Positions 46,577 to 56,718 of a stretch of DNA of 60,306 nucleotides are shown here, piece after piece (positions within the stretch are counted from its first letter, which is position 1; every line of letters begins with the position of its first letter). Location: positions 1 through 60,306 of the IMG/VR virus record IMGVR_UViG_3300030406_001449. One strand, 5' to 3'. Under the pieces are notes generated by a model. The model was not told the origin of the DNA. It did no database searches and saw nothing but the letters and a program-made list of their open reading frames with translations. A program made the position numbers and the translations under genes. The stretch comes from a virus. Taxonomy: Duplodnaviria > Caudoviricetes.

Positions 46577-47692
46577 ATGGCACTAACATTACATGGCACA
46601 GTAGCAGATAACACCGTAGTTTTAGATAGACAAAATTCTAAGCCTATTATCATCAATGGTGGTATGACTGTAGCTCAAAGAGGGACATCACATACTGGAC
46701 ATACTGGCTCTGATTATACCTTAGATAGAATGTATGTCAGAATGAGTAGTGCAGGTACTTGGACTATCACACAAGATACAGATGTTCCCACAGGATATGG
46801 TTTTACAAATTCTTTAAAAATGGATTGTACAACTGCGAATTCAAGTTTAGATGCTGGAGATTTTATATTTTTGAATATTCGTTTTGAAAAACAAGACATG
46901 CGTATATTTAATAAAGGAACATCTGATGCTAAAAAAATTACTGTTGCTGCATGGGTAAAATCACCAACAACTGGCACTCATGTTGTAGGACTTTATGATG
47001 CAAATAGTTCAACCAATCGTTATTGTATGCAAACTTACACAATTAGTTCAGCCAACACTTGGACAAAAGCCATAGTTACTTTTCCTGCTGATACAGGAGG
47101 TGATGAAATGGGTACAGATAATACTCATGGCATGAATTTACAATTTTGGTTTGCTGCTGGGTCAAATTATTCTAGTGGAAGTGCCGCAACTGCATGGGAA
47201 AATTATACAGCAGCTAATCAAGCTGTTGGTCAAGTAAATTGTAGCAGTAGCACAGATAACAATATATTGATTACTGGTATACAAATGGAAGTAGGCGAGT
47301 TTGATGCGGACAGCATACCACCTTTTCAACATGAGTTGTTTGGTGATAGTTTGTTTAGATGTCAAAGGTATTATTGGCAAGAATTAAATGACACAGGTGG
47401 TGATAAATATTCGTCTATTGGTTTAGCTCAAGGTTCAGGCAGAGCTTATGCAGTTTGGCAAATTAATGAAATGAGAACAGCTCCAACTGTAACAGTATCT
47501 GCTGTAGGTGGTTTTAAACCTTTGAATGGTGCTGGTGCACCTCAAGCAGCTTTTACGAGTATATTTTCAGCAACATCTACAAAAACAACGGCATTTTTAG
47601 ACATACAAGGTTCATCAGGATTGACTTCTGGACAAGCTTGTCCTGTTGGTATGACTGATGGCAATTCATTGAGGGCATCAGCAGAATTATGA
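46577..47692 (+). CDS. Tail fibre / carbohydrate-binding receptor-binding protein 2
   Basis: IINGGM.VAQRGT, ITGIQMEVG, CQRYY, MRTAPT, terminal AEL. Confidence 0.78.
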   Translation: MALTLHGTVADNTVVLDRQNSKPIIINGGMTVAQRGTSHTGHTGSDYTLDRMYVRMSSAGTWTITQDTDVPTGYGFTNSLKMDCTTANSSLDAGDFIFLNIRFEKQDMRIFNKGTSDAKKITVAAWVKSPTTGTHVVGLYDANSSTNRYCMQTYTISSANTWTKAIVTFPADTGGDEMGTDNTHGMNLQFWFAAGSNYSSGSAATAWENYTAANQAVGQVNCSSSTDNNILITGIQMEVGEFDADSIPPFQHELFGDSLFRCQRYYWQELNDTGGDKYSSIGLAQGSGRAYAVWQINEMRTAPTVTVSAVGGFKPLNGAGAPQAAFTSIFSATSTKTTAFLDIQGSSGLTSGQACPVGMTDGNSLRASAEL

Positions 47693-47874
47693 TTGATATA
47701 ACTAACATAAAAACAGTAAAAAAAATTCTAACCTTGAGTGGTGATGAAGCTAATTTAGAAGTTACTCTTAAAGACGATACAAAAGCGTATGTACCTAAAG
47801 TAACAGATAATACAGACTACCAAGCAATACTAGAATGGGTAGCAGACGGTAACACGATAGCGGAGGCAGACTAA
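47689..47874 (+). CDS. Small tail fibre chaperone-like protein
   Basis: VP....NTDYQAILEWVADGNT. Confidence 0.7.
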   Translation: MIDITNIKTVKKILTLSGDEANLEVTLKDDTKAYVPKVTDNTDYQAILEWVADGNTIAEAD

Positions 47875-48437
47875 TGCCATTAGTAATTAAAGGAAGTAGT
47901 TCAGGACAAGTAACAGTTGATGTACCAGCAGCTGCAGGTACTAATACTTTAACTGTTCCAGCGGAAACAGGAACGGTGGTTACAAAAGATTCAAACGGCA
48001 TTATGGTAAATGCAACACAACCAGCGTTTAGCGTTACACCATCTTCAGACCAAGACAATGCTACGGGTGGAGGCACAGCTGCTACAGTAGTATTTGGTAC
48101 AGAAATTTTTGATAAAAATGGTGATTTTGCTAGCAATACTTTTACTGCTCCTGTAACTGGAACATATTTTTTAAATGCTATTGTTAAATGTCATGACCAC
48201 ACAACAGGTATGACCACAGGGCGTATGACTATTGTAACAAGTAATCGTTCATATTTACATGAGTTTGACCCAGCAGAAAATATATCTGGTTCTGGAGAAG
48301 GCACTTTTGCAGTAACAGCAGTTGCAGACATGGACGCTGCAGATACAGCAACAGTAGTGTTCCAAATATATGATGCTACAGATGTGGTTGATATTGCAGC
48401 GGCAAATACAACCTTTCAAGGATTTTTATTAGGGTAA
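47874..48437 (+). CDS. C1q-like receptor-binding protein 3
   Basis: QPAFSV...FD....F..NTFTAPVTGTYF...FQGFLLG, the C1q signature. Confidence 0.78.
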   Translation: MPLVIKGSSSGQVTVDVPAAAGTNTLTVPAETGTVVTKDSNGIMVNATQPAFSVTPSSDQDNATGGGTAATVVFGTEIFDKNGDFASNTFTAPVTGTYFLNAIVKCHDHTTGMTTGRMTIVTSNRSYLHEFDPAENISGSGEGTFAVTAVADMDAADTATVVFQIYDATDVVDIAAANTTFQGFLLG

Positions 48438-48441
48438 AATT

Positions 48442-48705
48442 ATGGCAATAACGTTAACAGATAAACAAACTAAAGTATTACGACATGTAGTTATAGATGC
48501 AGAAAGCTGGGTACAACACGCTGAAGCTAAGTTTGGAACAGAGATTGCAACTACTATGCTAGAACAAAAAGTAGCAAGACATGAAGCTGACTACGATGCT
48601 AAAGTTGCAGCAGGTAGTTACAAAGATAGATTAGATAGAGAGATAGACGCAGAAAATATCAGTAGCGAGAAAACTAAACTACAAGCAATAAAAGATGCGA
48701 GGTAA
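48442..48705 (+). CDS. Small helical protein, probable partner/chaperone of the C1q protein
   Basis: Position after the RBP; RBS-preceded. Confidence 0.6.
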   Translation: MAITLTDKQTKVLRHVVIDAESWVQHAEAKFGTEIATTMLEQKVARHEADYDAKVAAGSYKDRLDREIDAENISSEKTKLQAIKDAR

Positions 48706-48708
48706 TTT

Positions 48709-49215
48709 ATGCAATTTAGACATGCTTTTTTAATATTATTCACAGCGTGGCTACTTTTGTATGTTACTGATAGTTTTGGAGCAGATACAACCATACGTTA
48801 TAAAGACCAACCACCGCCTTCAGCTATAGCACCATCGTTATCTATCGGTAGTGGTAGTGATGTTTGTATAGTGGTGAGAACAGGAGCGATTGGTACAGGA
48901 ATATTCTCTGGTTCTTTTGCAACTCATGTGATTGATAAAAACTGTGAAAGAATTAAATTAAGCAGAAGTCTTGCTCAACTTGGACTTAAGGTATCAGCTA
49001 CAAGTATCTTATGCCAAGACGATAGAGTTTTTACAGCCATGCTTGCTGCAGGAAGCCCGTGTCCTATAGATGGATTAGTGGGTAAAGAAGCGAAAGCTAA
49101 ATATTTAGAACTAGGGATTATAGATGAGAACAATAATATTGTGGGCTCTCGTGATGCTCTTCGCATCAACATTAGCCAGCCACGCAGACACGACTACGGA
49201 CAACCTACTCAATAA
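48709..49215 (+). CDS. Secreted/membrane Cys-rich protein
   Basis: Signal-peptide-like N-terminus; PPSAIAP, NCERIKLS, LCQD.RV, PCP motifs. Confidence 0.75.
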   Translation: MQFRHAFLILFTAWLLLYVTDSFGADTTIRYKDQPPPSAIAPSLSIGSGSDVCIVVRTGAIGTGIFSGSFATHVIDKNCERIKLSRSLAQLGLKVSATSILCQDDRVFTAMLAAGSPCPIDGLVGKEAKAKYLELGIIDENNNIVGSRDALRINISQPRRHDYGQPTQ

Positions 49216-50638
49216 CCCAAATTTTACTACTGATACCAGTGGTTGGGAGTTGTCGGATAACAACCAAAACAAGGTTAAAAGAGACCCAATGACTTATTCT
49301 GGTTCTGCGTCTAAGAGTGTAAGATTTAGATATCAAGGTGGTAATATTAGTCAAGATGTAGACATATCAGGTGTATCTGAAAACCATTTAATAAAAGAAA
49401 TTAACATGAATTTTGACTCTATCGGTTGTGGTAATACAGGAGGTCAATGGTGCACTGCTGGTGCAGATGACACAGTTGTGTCAACCATCACTCTCGAAAA
49501 TGCAACTGAAATAGAGGTGATATCAGAATCTGTGGCTGTGCCATATGAAAATAGGTGGGAGAACTATTCTTTTACTAAAGATGTAACAGGGGATTTTAAT
49601 ACAGACGATACCTCATTAAATTTAACCATTACAGGTAATGACACAGGTAACTCTAGTAATTGGTGGGGTCCTATCATTGATAATCTAAGTTTATCTTTGA
49701 CCATAGAAGAGTATGTGGCTCCTGTAGTAGTTGAACCCGTAGTAGTTGAACCTATAGTTGAAGCTGTTATAGAACCTATTGTGGTTATTGAGGAAACTCT
49801 TATTGAAGGTCTAAGTTTAGACACAGAGATTGTTAATGATGTAATATTACAACCTGTAGCTATTGAAGTGCCTACATTACCTGACTTACCAGATTTACCA
49901 GAGGTTAGTGAAATAACTCCTGAGGTGCCTGAGATATCTGTAAATATTGAGGTACCAGAGATTTCTGTAGATATTGATATTCCTGAAATATCCATAGAGG
50001 TTCCTGAGATTGAGGTGGTTGAGGAGATTCAAGAGATTGAGGTTGTAAATGAGCCTGTGGTTGAGGAGATTGCTGAGGTTGAGTTGGAGGTTCCTGAAGA
50101 ATTAAAAGAGCAAAATATGGAAGAAGATATGAAGGAGAATCAAAATGAATCAGAACAAACGGCAGAGGCAGAGGTTGAAACAGATGTTGACAGCGAGTTA
50201 TCAGAATCTGACACATCAGAAAACACAGACAGTGAACCCACTGCAACCGCCAAAAATGATAAAAGTGATAGCAAAGATAATAAAAAAGAAAAAAAATCTA
50301 AAAAGAAAGTAAAAAAACAAGTGGTTAAAAAATCAACAGACAATAAATCTGTTGCAAAAGTAGATAAAAAATCTGTTAAAAAAACTAACAAACCTAGTTC
50401 AAATGCTAGTTCTTTAGGACAAATAGACATCACAACTATGGTTTATTTGCAAGTAATACCGCAAACAATTACAATACAAGAAACAGTGTCATTGACACAG
50501 GAGATGATATATGAGCAAGACATTGGTGCTCTCGCCAGCAGTGCTACTTACGATAATCTTATCGGTGGTGCCAGCCGCAGGTGGGTTCGTATGGTGGATG
50601 TCAGACCTAAGCACACGTTTGGTGGCTATGGAAGGTAA
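49124..50638 (+). CDS. Secreted protein with a carbohydrate-binding-like domain, a Glu/Val/Pro-rich stalk and a Lys-rich segment
   Basis: Signal peptide ending ASHA; NLLNNPNF...W; GPIIDN; PEIS repeats. Confidence 0.72.
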   Translation: MRTIILWALVMLFASTLASHADTTTDNLLNNPNFTTDTSGWELSDNNQNKVKRDPMTYSGSASKSVRFRYQGGNISQDVDISGVSENHLIKEINMNFDSIGCGNTGGQWCTAGADDTVVSTITLENATEIEVISESVAVPYENRWENYSFTKDVTGDFNTDDTSLNLTITGNDTGNSSNWWGPIIDNLSLSLTIEEYVAPVVVEPVVVEPIVEAVIEPIVVIEETLIEGLSLDTEIVNDVILQPVAIEVPTLPDLPDLPEVSEITPEVPEISVNIEVPEISVDIDIPEISIEVPEIEVVEEIQEIEVVNEPVVEEIAEVELEVPEELKEQNMEEDMKENQNESEQTAEAEVETDVDSELSESDTSENTDSEPTATAKNDKSDSKDNKKEKKSKKKVKKQVVKKSTDNKSVAKVDKKSVKKTNKPSSNASSLGQIDITTMVYLQVIPQTITIQETVSLTQEMIYEQDIGALASSATYDNLIGGASRRWVRMVDVRPKHTFGGYGR

Positions 50639-50852
50639 AATAGCTGATAGTGATACAGGACAACTTAATGATAGATTAACCTCAGTTGAAGAGCGAGTGC
50701 AGTTTAACAATAAATCAACAGCAGAGCTGTATGAGGGACTTGAAAAACTTGATGTTGAGATGAAAGACATGGAAGATAAGTTAGCTGGTTGGGTGGAAAG
50801 AGAGTTAGCTAAAGTTTACGATATTATTAATGACAACCCACTAGGAAACTAA
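50511..50852 (+). CDS. Membrane-anchored coiled-coil protein
   Basis: N-terminal TM ..AGGFVWW; coiled coil; terminal DNPL.N. Confidence 0.7.
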   Translation: MSKTLVLSPAVLLTIILSVVPAAGGFVWWMSDLSTRLVAMEGKIADSDTGQLNDRLTSVEERVQFNNKSTAELYEGLEKLDVEMKDMEDKLAGWVERELAKVYDIINDNPLGN

Positions 50853-50853
50853 T

Positions 50854-51687
50854 ATGCCATTTGGTATTACCACCTTTGCCGAAGATTCTTTTTCTGCCTT
50901 AGGTAGCACAAGTGTTGACGTATCGGTTACAGGTGTAGTTGGAACAACTGCTTTGGGATCAGAAACAGCCGCAGCTGGTGCTGATGTATCAGTCACAGGA
51001 GTGGCTGCTACAAGTGCTCTAGGTTCAGTTACTACAGTTGCAAAAGCTAATATAGCTGTTACAGGTGTAGTTGGTACAAGTGCTGTAGGGTCAGAGTCAG
51101 TAACAGCTGATGCAAATTTTGCAGTCACGGGTGTAGCTGGAACAACGGCTCTAGGGTCAGAATCAGTCACAGCTGATGCAGATGTATCAGTTACAGGAGT
51201 GGCTGGTACAAGTACTTTAGGCTCAGTAACCACAGTTGCAAAAGCAAACGTAGCAGTTACAGGTGTAGCTGGTACAAGTGCTCTGGGTTCAGAATCAGTA
51301 ACAGCAGATGCTAATGTGGCAGTCACAGGTGTAGCTGGAACAACAGCTTTAGGGTCAGAGTCAGTCACAGCTGATGCAAATGTAGCAGTTACAGGTGTAG
51401 CTGGTACAAGTGCGTTAGGAACAGTCACTCTCATAACAGTAAATAATATATTTGTTACAGGAGTAGCTGCCACAGGAGCTGTAGGTTCAGTCACTACAGT
51501 AGCAAAAGCTAATGTAGCTGTTACAGGTGTTAGTGGCACTTGTGAAACAAACGTGTTTACATTGGTATGGGGTAATATAGATACTTCACAAACACCAGGA
51601 TATTCAAACGTAACCACATCACAAACACCTAATTGGACTGACGTAGATACTTCACAAACAGCAGATTATGAGGATATAGCAGCATGA
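50854..51687 (+). CDS. Virion fibre protein with about ten 22-aa repeats
   Basis: Units ANVAVTGVAGTSALGSESVTAD (66 bp); C-terminal TSQTP repeats. Confidence 0.8.
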   Translation: MPFGITTFAEDSFSALGSTSVDVSVTGVVGTTALGSETAAAGADVSVTGVAATSALGSVTTVAKANIAVTGVVGTSAVGSESVTADANFAVTGVAGTTALGSESVTADADVSVTGVAGTSTLGSVTTVAKANVAVTGVAGTSALGSESVTADANVAVTGVAGTTALGSESVTADANVAVTGVAGTSALGTVTLITVNNIFVTGVAATGAVGSVTTVAKANVAVTGVSGTCETNVFTLVWGNIDTSQTPGYSNVTTSQTPNWTDVDTSQTADYEDIAA

Positions 51688-51887
51688 TAATAGAGGCAAA
51701 AAAATTAGATGATGGTACAATACAGTGTAAGTATGAAGTAAACTTAGAGTGTGTTCACTGTGGGATGAAAGTCGATGCAGAGGAATACGAATCAGGGACT
51801 TGCTCAAATTGTGGTGCCGCGTGGAATCAAAAGAAACACACTAAGATTCACGTAACAAGTGTTCCATTAGCAGGTGAATCAGGCTAA
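51684..51887 (+). CDS. Small Zn-ribbon protein
   Basis: CVHC...CSNC. Confidence 0.72.
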   Translation: MIIEAKKLDDGTIQCKYEVNLECVHCGMKVDAEEYESGTCSNCGAAWNQKKHTKIHVTSVPLAGESG

Positions 51888-51899
51888 TAGGAGGAGAAA

Positions 51900-53243
51900 A
51901 TGGCTAGTTCATATTCAGATTTAAAAATAGAACTAATTGGTACTGGGGAACAATCAGGTAGTTGGGGTACAACTACTAATACTAATTTAGGTACAGCGTT
52001 AGAAGAGGCGATTGCAGAGTCAGTCGATGTATCTTTTTCAAGTGGCACAGTAACCCTTAGTTTAACAAATTCAAACGGGACACAACCAGCCCGTCATTTA
52101 AGACTTAACTTGACAGGCACGTCAGGTGGAGCACAAAACTTAGTAGTGCCAACCATAGAAAAGCCATACTTAGTTAATAATGGTTGTGCTGATGCAATCA
52201 CGGTAAAAACTTCTGGAGGTTCAGGTATTGCTGTTCCTGCAGGTAAAACTATGTGGGTTTACGTTGATGGCACTAATGTCGTAGACGCAGTTACTGCTTT
52301 ATCATCTCTAAAAGCAGATGGTGGAGTGACAGTAGATAATATAACTATTGATGGCACAGAGATTGATTTAAGTTCAGGTGATTTGACGCTAGATGTAGCA
52401 GGAGATATTGTCTTAGATGCTGCTGGTGATGAAGTTATTTTTAAAGATGGTAGTACGAATGTCGGTCATGTAAGCATGGATAGCGATAACCTAACCATAA
52501 AATCTTTGGTTAGCGACAAGGATGTCATCTTTCAAGGAAACGATGGTGGTAGTGGTATTACAGCTTTGACACTCGATATGTCAGATGCAGGAGCTGCTTC
52601 ATTTAATGGAGCTGTAACGGCAAATGCTGGTATAAATTCATCAGGAACTGTAACCTCATCAGGTACACTAGCTGTCACTGGAAACTTAACAGTAGACGGT
52701 GCTTCAGGTACATCTGGACAAGTGTTAACATCAGCTGGTAGTGGGTCAACTCCTACATGGGCTAATGCTGTACCATCAGGTGCAATTATGTTGTGGTCAG
52801 GTGCTACTGATGCTATTCCTTCTGGATATGTAATATGTGATGGAAACAATTCAACACCTGATTTAAGAGATAGATTTGTGGTTGGAGCTGGTTCAAGTTA
52901 TTCTGTAAATGCTACAGGTGGTTCAGCTACAGTAACTCCATCAGGAACTAATTCAGGAACAGCTCTTACAGAAGCACAAATGCCAAAACATTATCACTTA
53001 ATGCTTGGGCCAAATAATGTTACATCGCCTCAAGGTAGTGGTAGTTCTTCAGGAGTGTATGGAGGTGGTACTCCAGATGATAATACACAAGCTTATGGCA
53101 CTTATTCTACAGGTGGAAGTGCGGCTTCTGGTTCACAAAGCACAGGGACTTCAAATGGAGATACACATACGCACACTTTTACTGGTAACTCACAAACTAA
53201 CTTACCACCATATTATGCATTAGCATATATAATGAAGACATAA
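51900..53243 (+). CDS. Tail fibre with a tail-collar domain
   Basis: GEQSGSWGTTTNTN N-terminus; PSGAIMLWSG..IPSGY.ICDG...PDLRDRFVVGAG; MPKHYH; LPPYYALAYIMK. Confidence 0.88.
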   Translation: MASSYSDLKIELIGTGEQSGSWGTTTNTNLGTALEEAIAESVDVSFSSGTVTLSLTNSNGTQPARHLRLNLTGTSGGAQNLVVPTIEKPYLVNNGCADAITVKTSGGSGIAVPAGKTMWVYVDGTNVVDAVTALSSLKADGGVTVDNITIDGTEIDLSSGDLTLDVAGDIVLDAAGDEVIFKDGSTNVGHVSMDSDNLTIKSLVSDKDVIFQGNDGGSGITALTLDMSDAGAASFNGAVTANAGINSSGTVTSSGTLAVTGNLTVDGASGTSGQVLTSAGSGSTPTWANAVPSGAIMLWSGATDAIPSGYVICDGNNSTPDLRDRFVVGAGSSYSVNATGGSATVTPSGTNSGTALTEAQMPKHYHLMLGPNNVTSPQGSGSSSGVYGGGTPDDNTQAYGTYSTGGSAASGSQSTGTSNGDTHTHTFTGNSQTNLPPYYALAYIMKT

Positions 53244-53253
53244 AGGAGAAAGT

Positions 53254-53631
53254 ATGATTGGACTAATAGTAAATGGATTAAGTAAAGCGGTTGGAGGGTA
53301 CTTTGAGCACTCTGCTAAAAAGTCTAAAGCTAAATCTGATTTAAAAATAGCTGAAATTGAAGCTAAGACTGCTGTCAAAAAGAAAATAGCAGAAGGTAAA
53401 GTTGAGTGGGAAAACACTATGGCTGACGCTACAAAAGATAGTTGGAAAGATGAAGCCTGGACTTTATGTTTTATCGTCCTTATCATTGTGAGTTTTATAC
53501 CATCATTACAACCTTACGTAAGCCAGGGGATCACGTTCTTAGCTACCTTCCCAGAATGGCTACAATGGTCAATTCTTGCGTCAATCGGAGCGTCCTTCGG
53601 TCTTAAATCAATAGGGAAGTTTACAAAATAA
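53254..53631 (+). CDS. Putative holin
   Basis: SWKDE motif plus TM segments; immediately upstream of the endolysin. Confidence 0.65.
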   Translation: MIGLIVNGLSKAVGGYFEHSAKKSKAKSDLKIAEIEAKTAVKKKIAEGKVEWENTMADATKDSWKDEAWTLCFIVLIIVSFIPSLQPYVSQGITFLATFPEWLQWSILASIGASFGLKSIGKFTK

Positions 53632-54005
53632 TGTTTAAGTTATCTAAAAAATCACAGGCAAAACTTGAAGGTGTACATCCAGATTTACAAAAGTTAGTTA
53701 GAGATGCGATTGGCTTGTCAACCATTGACTTTGGTATTAGTGAAGGATTACGTAGTAGAGAAAGACAAAAAGAATTGTTTGATGATGGTAAAAGTCAAAC
53801 TATGAACTCAAGACATCTTACAGGTCATGCAGTAGATGTGTATGCTTGGAAAGATGGTGCAGTATCTTGGGAGTTTGAGGATTATGAAACAATTAATATT
53901 GCTTTTAGTCAAGCATCAAAACTTACAAACATAGATTATGTGTGGGGTGGTTCGTGGAAATCTTTTAAAGATGGACCACATTTTGAATTAAAAAGAGAGG
54001 GCTAA
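53631..54005 (+). CDS. Endolysin, M15 family L-Ala-D-Glu peptidase (T5-like)
   Basis: EGLRS..RQ, SRHLTGHAVD, WGG.W..F.DGPHFEL. Confidence 0.93.
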   Translation: MFKLSKKSQAKLEGVHPDLQKLVRDAIGLSTIDFGISEGLRSRERQKELFDDGKSQTMNSRHLTGHAVDVYAWKDGAVSWEFEDYETINIAFSQASKLTNIDYVWGGSWKSFKDGPHFELKREG

Positions 54006-54006
54006 C

Positions 54007-56169
54007 GTGCTAAAGAAACTTGTATTTCAACCAGGAATTAACAGAGATAGAAGTAGTTACTCTTCCGAAGGAAGTTGGTACAACTGTGATAAAATAAGAT
54101 TTAGACAAGGTTACCCTGAAAAAATAGGCGGTTGGAAACCAATCAACCTTACTGCATATGTTGGCACAGCAAGTAGCATGATACAGTATGGGACTTCAGA
54201 TGGTAACCAGATAATTAGTGTGGCTACTAACGAGAAGAATTATATCATTAAGGGAACCGCCCTTACTGATGTGACTCCTCTAAGAGATACTTATACTACA
54301 TCCACGACTCCGTCAACAGACAACTGTTTTGCGACTACAGATGAGTCAACTACGGTTGTGGTGACGATTACAGGTCATGGTGCTTCAGAGGGTGACTATG
54401 TAACCTTTAGTGGCTCTGCTGCTGTTGGTGGTGTATCTGCTGCTAACTTAAATACAGAGTTTAAAATAGCCAATGTTACAAGTAACACTTTTGAGATTAC
54501 GGTTGCAGCTGCAGCTACATCTACAGTTTCTTCAGGTGGTGGCACAGGTATATCAGCAGCTTTTCAGTTTCCCGTAGGTAACGCTAATGTTGAATATGGT
54601 TATGGTTGGGGTGCAGGTGCATGGAATAGAAATACTTGGGGTTCTGCTAGTGATACACCCGTAGATTTACCACCAAGAATAACATTTCAAGACAAGATTA
54701 ATAATGATGTAATTTATAATATTGAGGATAGTGACATATTTTTCTTTGATTATGACTCCTCAATATCAAATCGAGTTGTAAAACTAAATACATTAGTTGG
54801 CTCAAGAGCAGTACCAGAACAAGTAGGTAAAGTTATGTTTGCCGCAAGTGGACACTTATTATGTTTACGTGCTACTTCTTATGCTCGTGCTCTTACTGCA
54901 GGACAGTCTATATCTAGTATTACTAGGTCTGGAACCACAGCTACAGTAACTACAGGTTCAGGGCATGGCTTGGCAGTTAGAGATTGGGTTCAGTTTGATG
55001 GACAAGCACCACAAGCATATCAAGGAGAGTTTCAAGTAGTCACCGTGCCTTCTGGCACAACTTTTACTATTACATTACCTTATGACCCAGGCGGAAGTGC
55101 AAGTCCAGTAGGGACTTATCAAAAGATAGATTACTCTGGGACTTTTGACCCAATGCTTATTAGGTGGGCTAACGTAGACCCCGACATAGGACCTCAACCT
55201 GAAGAGTGGAAACCACAGATTACTAATACTGCTGGGTTTATACGAGTAAAACAAGGTTCACAGATTATCACTGGATTTAGAACTAGACAAGAGGTGCTTA
55301 TCTTTACTGATATTGCGTTGTCAACATTACAGTTTTTAGGGACAGAAGAAGTATTTGCTATTCAAGAGATTAGTGACAGTATAAATATTATAGCTCCTAA
55401 AGTAGTAGCAGAGGCAAACAATGTTGTTTATTGGATGGGAGTAGATAAATTCTTTATGTATGATGGTAGAGTTAATACTTTGCCATGCACTGTAAAGCAG
55501 TATGTATTTGAAGATATGAACAAAGATAGTGGGTTCTTAAACTTTGCAGGTATTAACAGTGAGTTTAACGAAGTCATTTGGTTCTATTGTTCAGGTGGTT
55601 CTAATAGCATAGATAGGTATGTAATTTACAACTATGAAGAAAAGATTTGGTATTTTGGTAATTTAACTAGAACAGCATGGGCAAATGCTGGGACTATCAA
55701 GTTCCCATTAGCTACTTTCAATGGTTATGTATATAGACATGAGGATGGTAAAGATAATGTGGCTGTGCCAGGTGCAACTCCAACTGCTATATCATCATTT
55801 ATTGAATCTGGAGATATGGGTATTGATGATGGTGACCAATTTATATTAACTAAAAGAGTTATACCTGATGTAAACTTTACTAACTCTGATACTGCAACCG
55901 CACAAGGAGCAGCATTAACCCCAGAAGTACAAGTAACAGTAGGGGTTAGGAACTTCCCTGGTGCTGCTACTAGCACAACTGATGTTGTTAGTAATACCTT
56001 ATCTAGAGATGTTATAACTACGGCTACTGTTGATGAATATACTAATCAAGTTTATGTTAGAGCACGAGGTAGACAAATGAACTTTAAGATAGCTAGTGAA
56101 GATATTGGGGTGCAGTGGCAACTTGGTACAACTAGAGTAGATTTTAGACCAGACGGTAGGAGAGGATAA
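54007..56169 (+). CDS. Tail tubular B / P22 gp10-like nozzle protein with inserted beta domains
   Basis: PGINR...RFRQG.PEKIGGW; IRW; YWMG..FF.YDG.V..LPC; terminal PDGRR. Confidence 0.8.
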   Translation: MLKKLVFQPGINRDRSSYSSEGSWYNCDKIRFRQGYPEKIGGWKPINLTAYVGTASSMIQYGTSDGNQIISVATNEKNYIIKGTALTDVTPLRDTYTTSTTPSTDNCFATTDESTTVVVTITGHGASEGDYVTFSGSAAVGGVSAANLNTEFKIANVTSNTFEITVAAAATSTVSSGGGTGISAAFQFPVGNANVEYGYGWGAGAWNRNTWGSASDTPVDLPPRITFQDKINNDVIYNIEDSDIFFFDYDSSISNRVVKLNTLVGSRAVPEQVGKVMFAASGHLLCLRATSYARALTAGQSISSITRSGTTATVTTGSGHGLAVRDWVQFDGQAPQAYQGEFQVVTVPSGTTFTITLPYDPGGSASPVGTYQKIDYSGTFDPMLIRWANVDPDIGPQPEEWKPQITNTAGFIRVKQGSQIITGFRTRQEVLIFTDIALSTLQFLGTEEVFAIQEISDSINIIAPKVVAEANNVVYWMGVDKFFMYDGRVNTLPCTVKQYVFEDMNKDSGFLNFAGINSEFNEVIWFYCSGGSNSIDRYVIYNYEEKIWYFGNLTRTAWANAGTIKFPLATFNGYVYRHEDGKDNVAVPGATPTAISSFIESGDMGIDDGDQFILTKRVIPDVNFTNSDTATAQGAALTPEVQVTVGVRNFPGAATSTTDVVSNTLSRDVITTATVDEYTNQVYVRARGRQMNFKIASEDIGVQWQLGTTRVDFRPDGRRG

Positions 56170-56354
56170 TGTCAAATATACCATCAACTAAAGGACCTAA
56201 TTTAACTAACCCACCACAAGAGTATAATGAAGGGCAGCAGTTACAGTTAGTAAATCAGTTGCGTCTATACTTTAACCAAGTGGACGGAAACAATAACGAA
56301 GTAAAAGCTAGGATAGATGCATTAGCCACATTAAATTGGCTAGGAGATAATTAG
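56169..56354 (+). CDS. Small tail protein
   Basis: PPQEY...LRLYFNQVD; TAATG coupling. Confidence 0.7.
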   Translation: MSNIPSTKGPNLTNPPQEYNEGQQLQLVNQLRLYFNQVDGNNNEVKARIDALATLNWLGDN

Positions 56355-56692
56355 TGGCATTTCAAAAGATTACACCAGCTAGATTAGCACAGGCAGCAAG
56401 TACTACAGCTTTTTTAGCTATCTATACTTGTCCGTCTAATACTCGTACTTATGTAAAAGATATCACAGTATGCAACACTACAAGTGGAGCAGTAACTTTA
56501 TTTGTAAGTTTAGTGCCTGACCAAGGCACAGCAGGAACAGCGAATGCATTATTTAGTGGAGAAAGTATAGCTGCAAATACTACTTTTCAATGGAAGGGCA
56601 CACAGATTTTAAATGCAGCAGAAACTATACAGTTTAAAGGTGGTGCAACAGGACTAACAATTCACGTATCAGGGGCAGAAGCCGTTGATTAA
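56354..56692 (+). CDS. Virion structural protein
   Basis: YTCP...V.N; terminal SGAE motif. Confidence 0.7.
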   Translation: MAFQKITPARLAQAASTTAFLAIYTCPSNTRTYVKDITVCNTTSGAVTLFVSLVPDQGTAGTANALFSGESIAANTTFQWKGTQILNAAETIQFKGGATGLTIHVSGAEAVD

Positions 56693-56712
56693 GGACATAA
56701 AAAGGTTATAAT
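56685..56712 (+). promoter_or_regulatory. Sigma70-like promoter of the ejection-protein operon (leaderless)
   Basis: TTGATT-N16-TATAAT, 6 nt before the ATG at 56719. Confidence 0.55.
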
Positions 56713-56718
56713 GACACT

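Noticed and set aside
50841-51617. 258-aa antisense ORF and the other short antisense ORFs in the track
   Set aside because: They are shadows of well-supported genes on the opposite strand, with no RBS or motifs.
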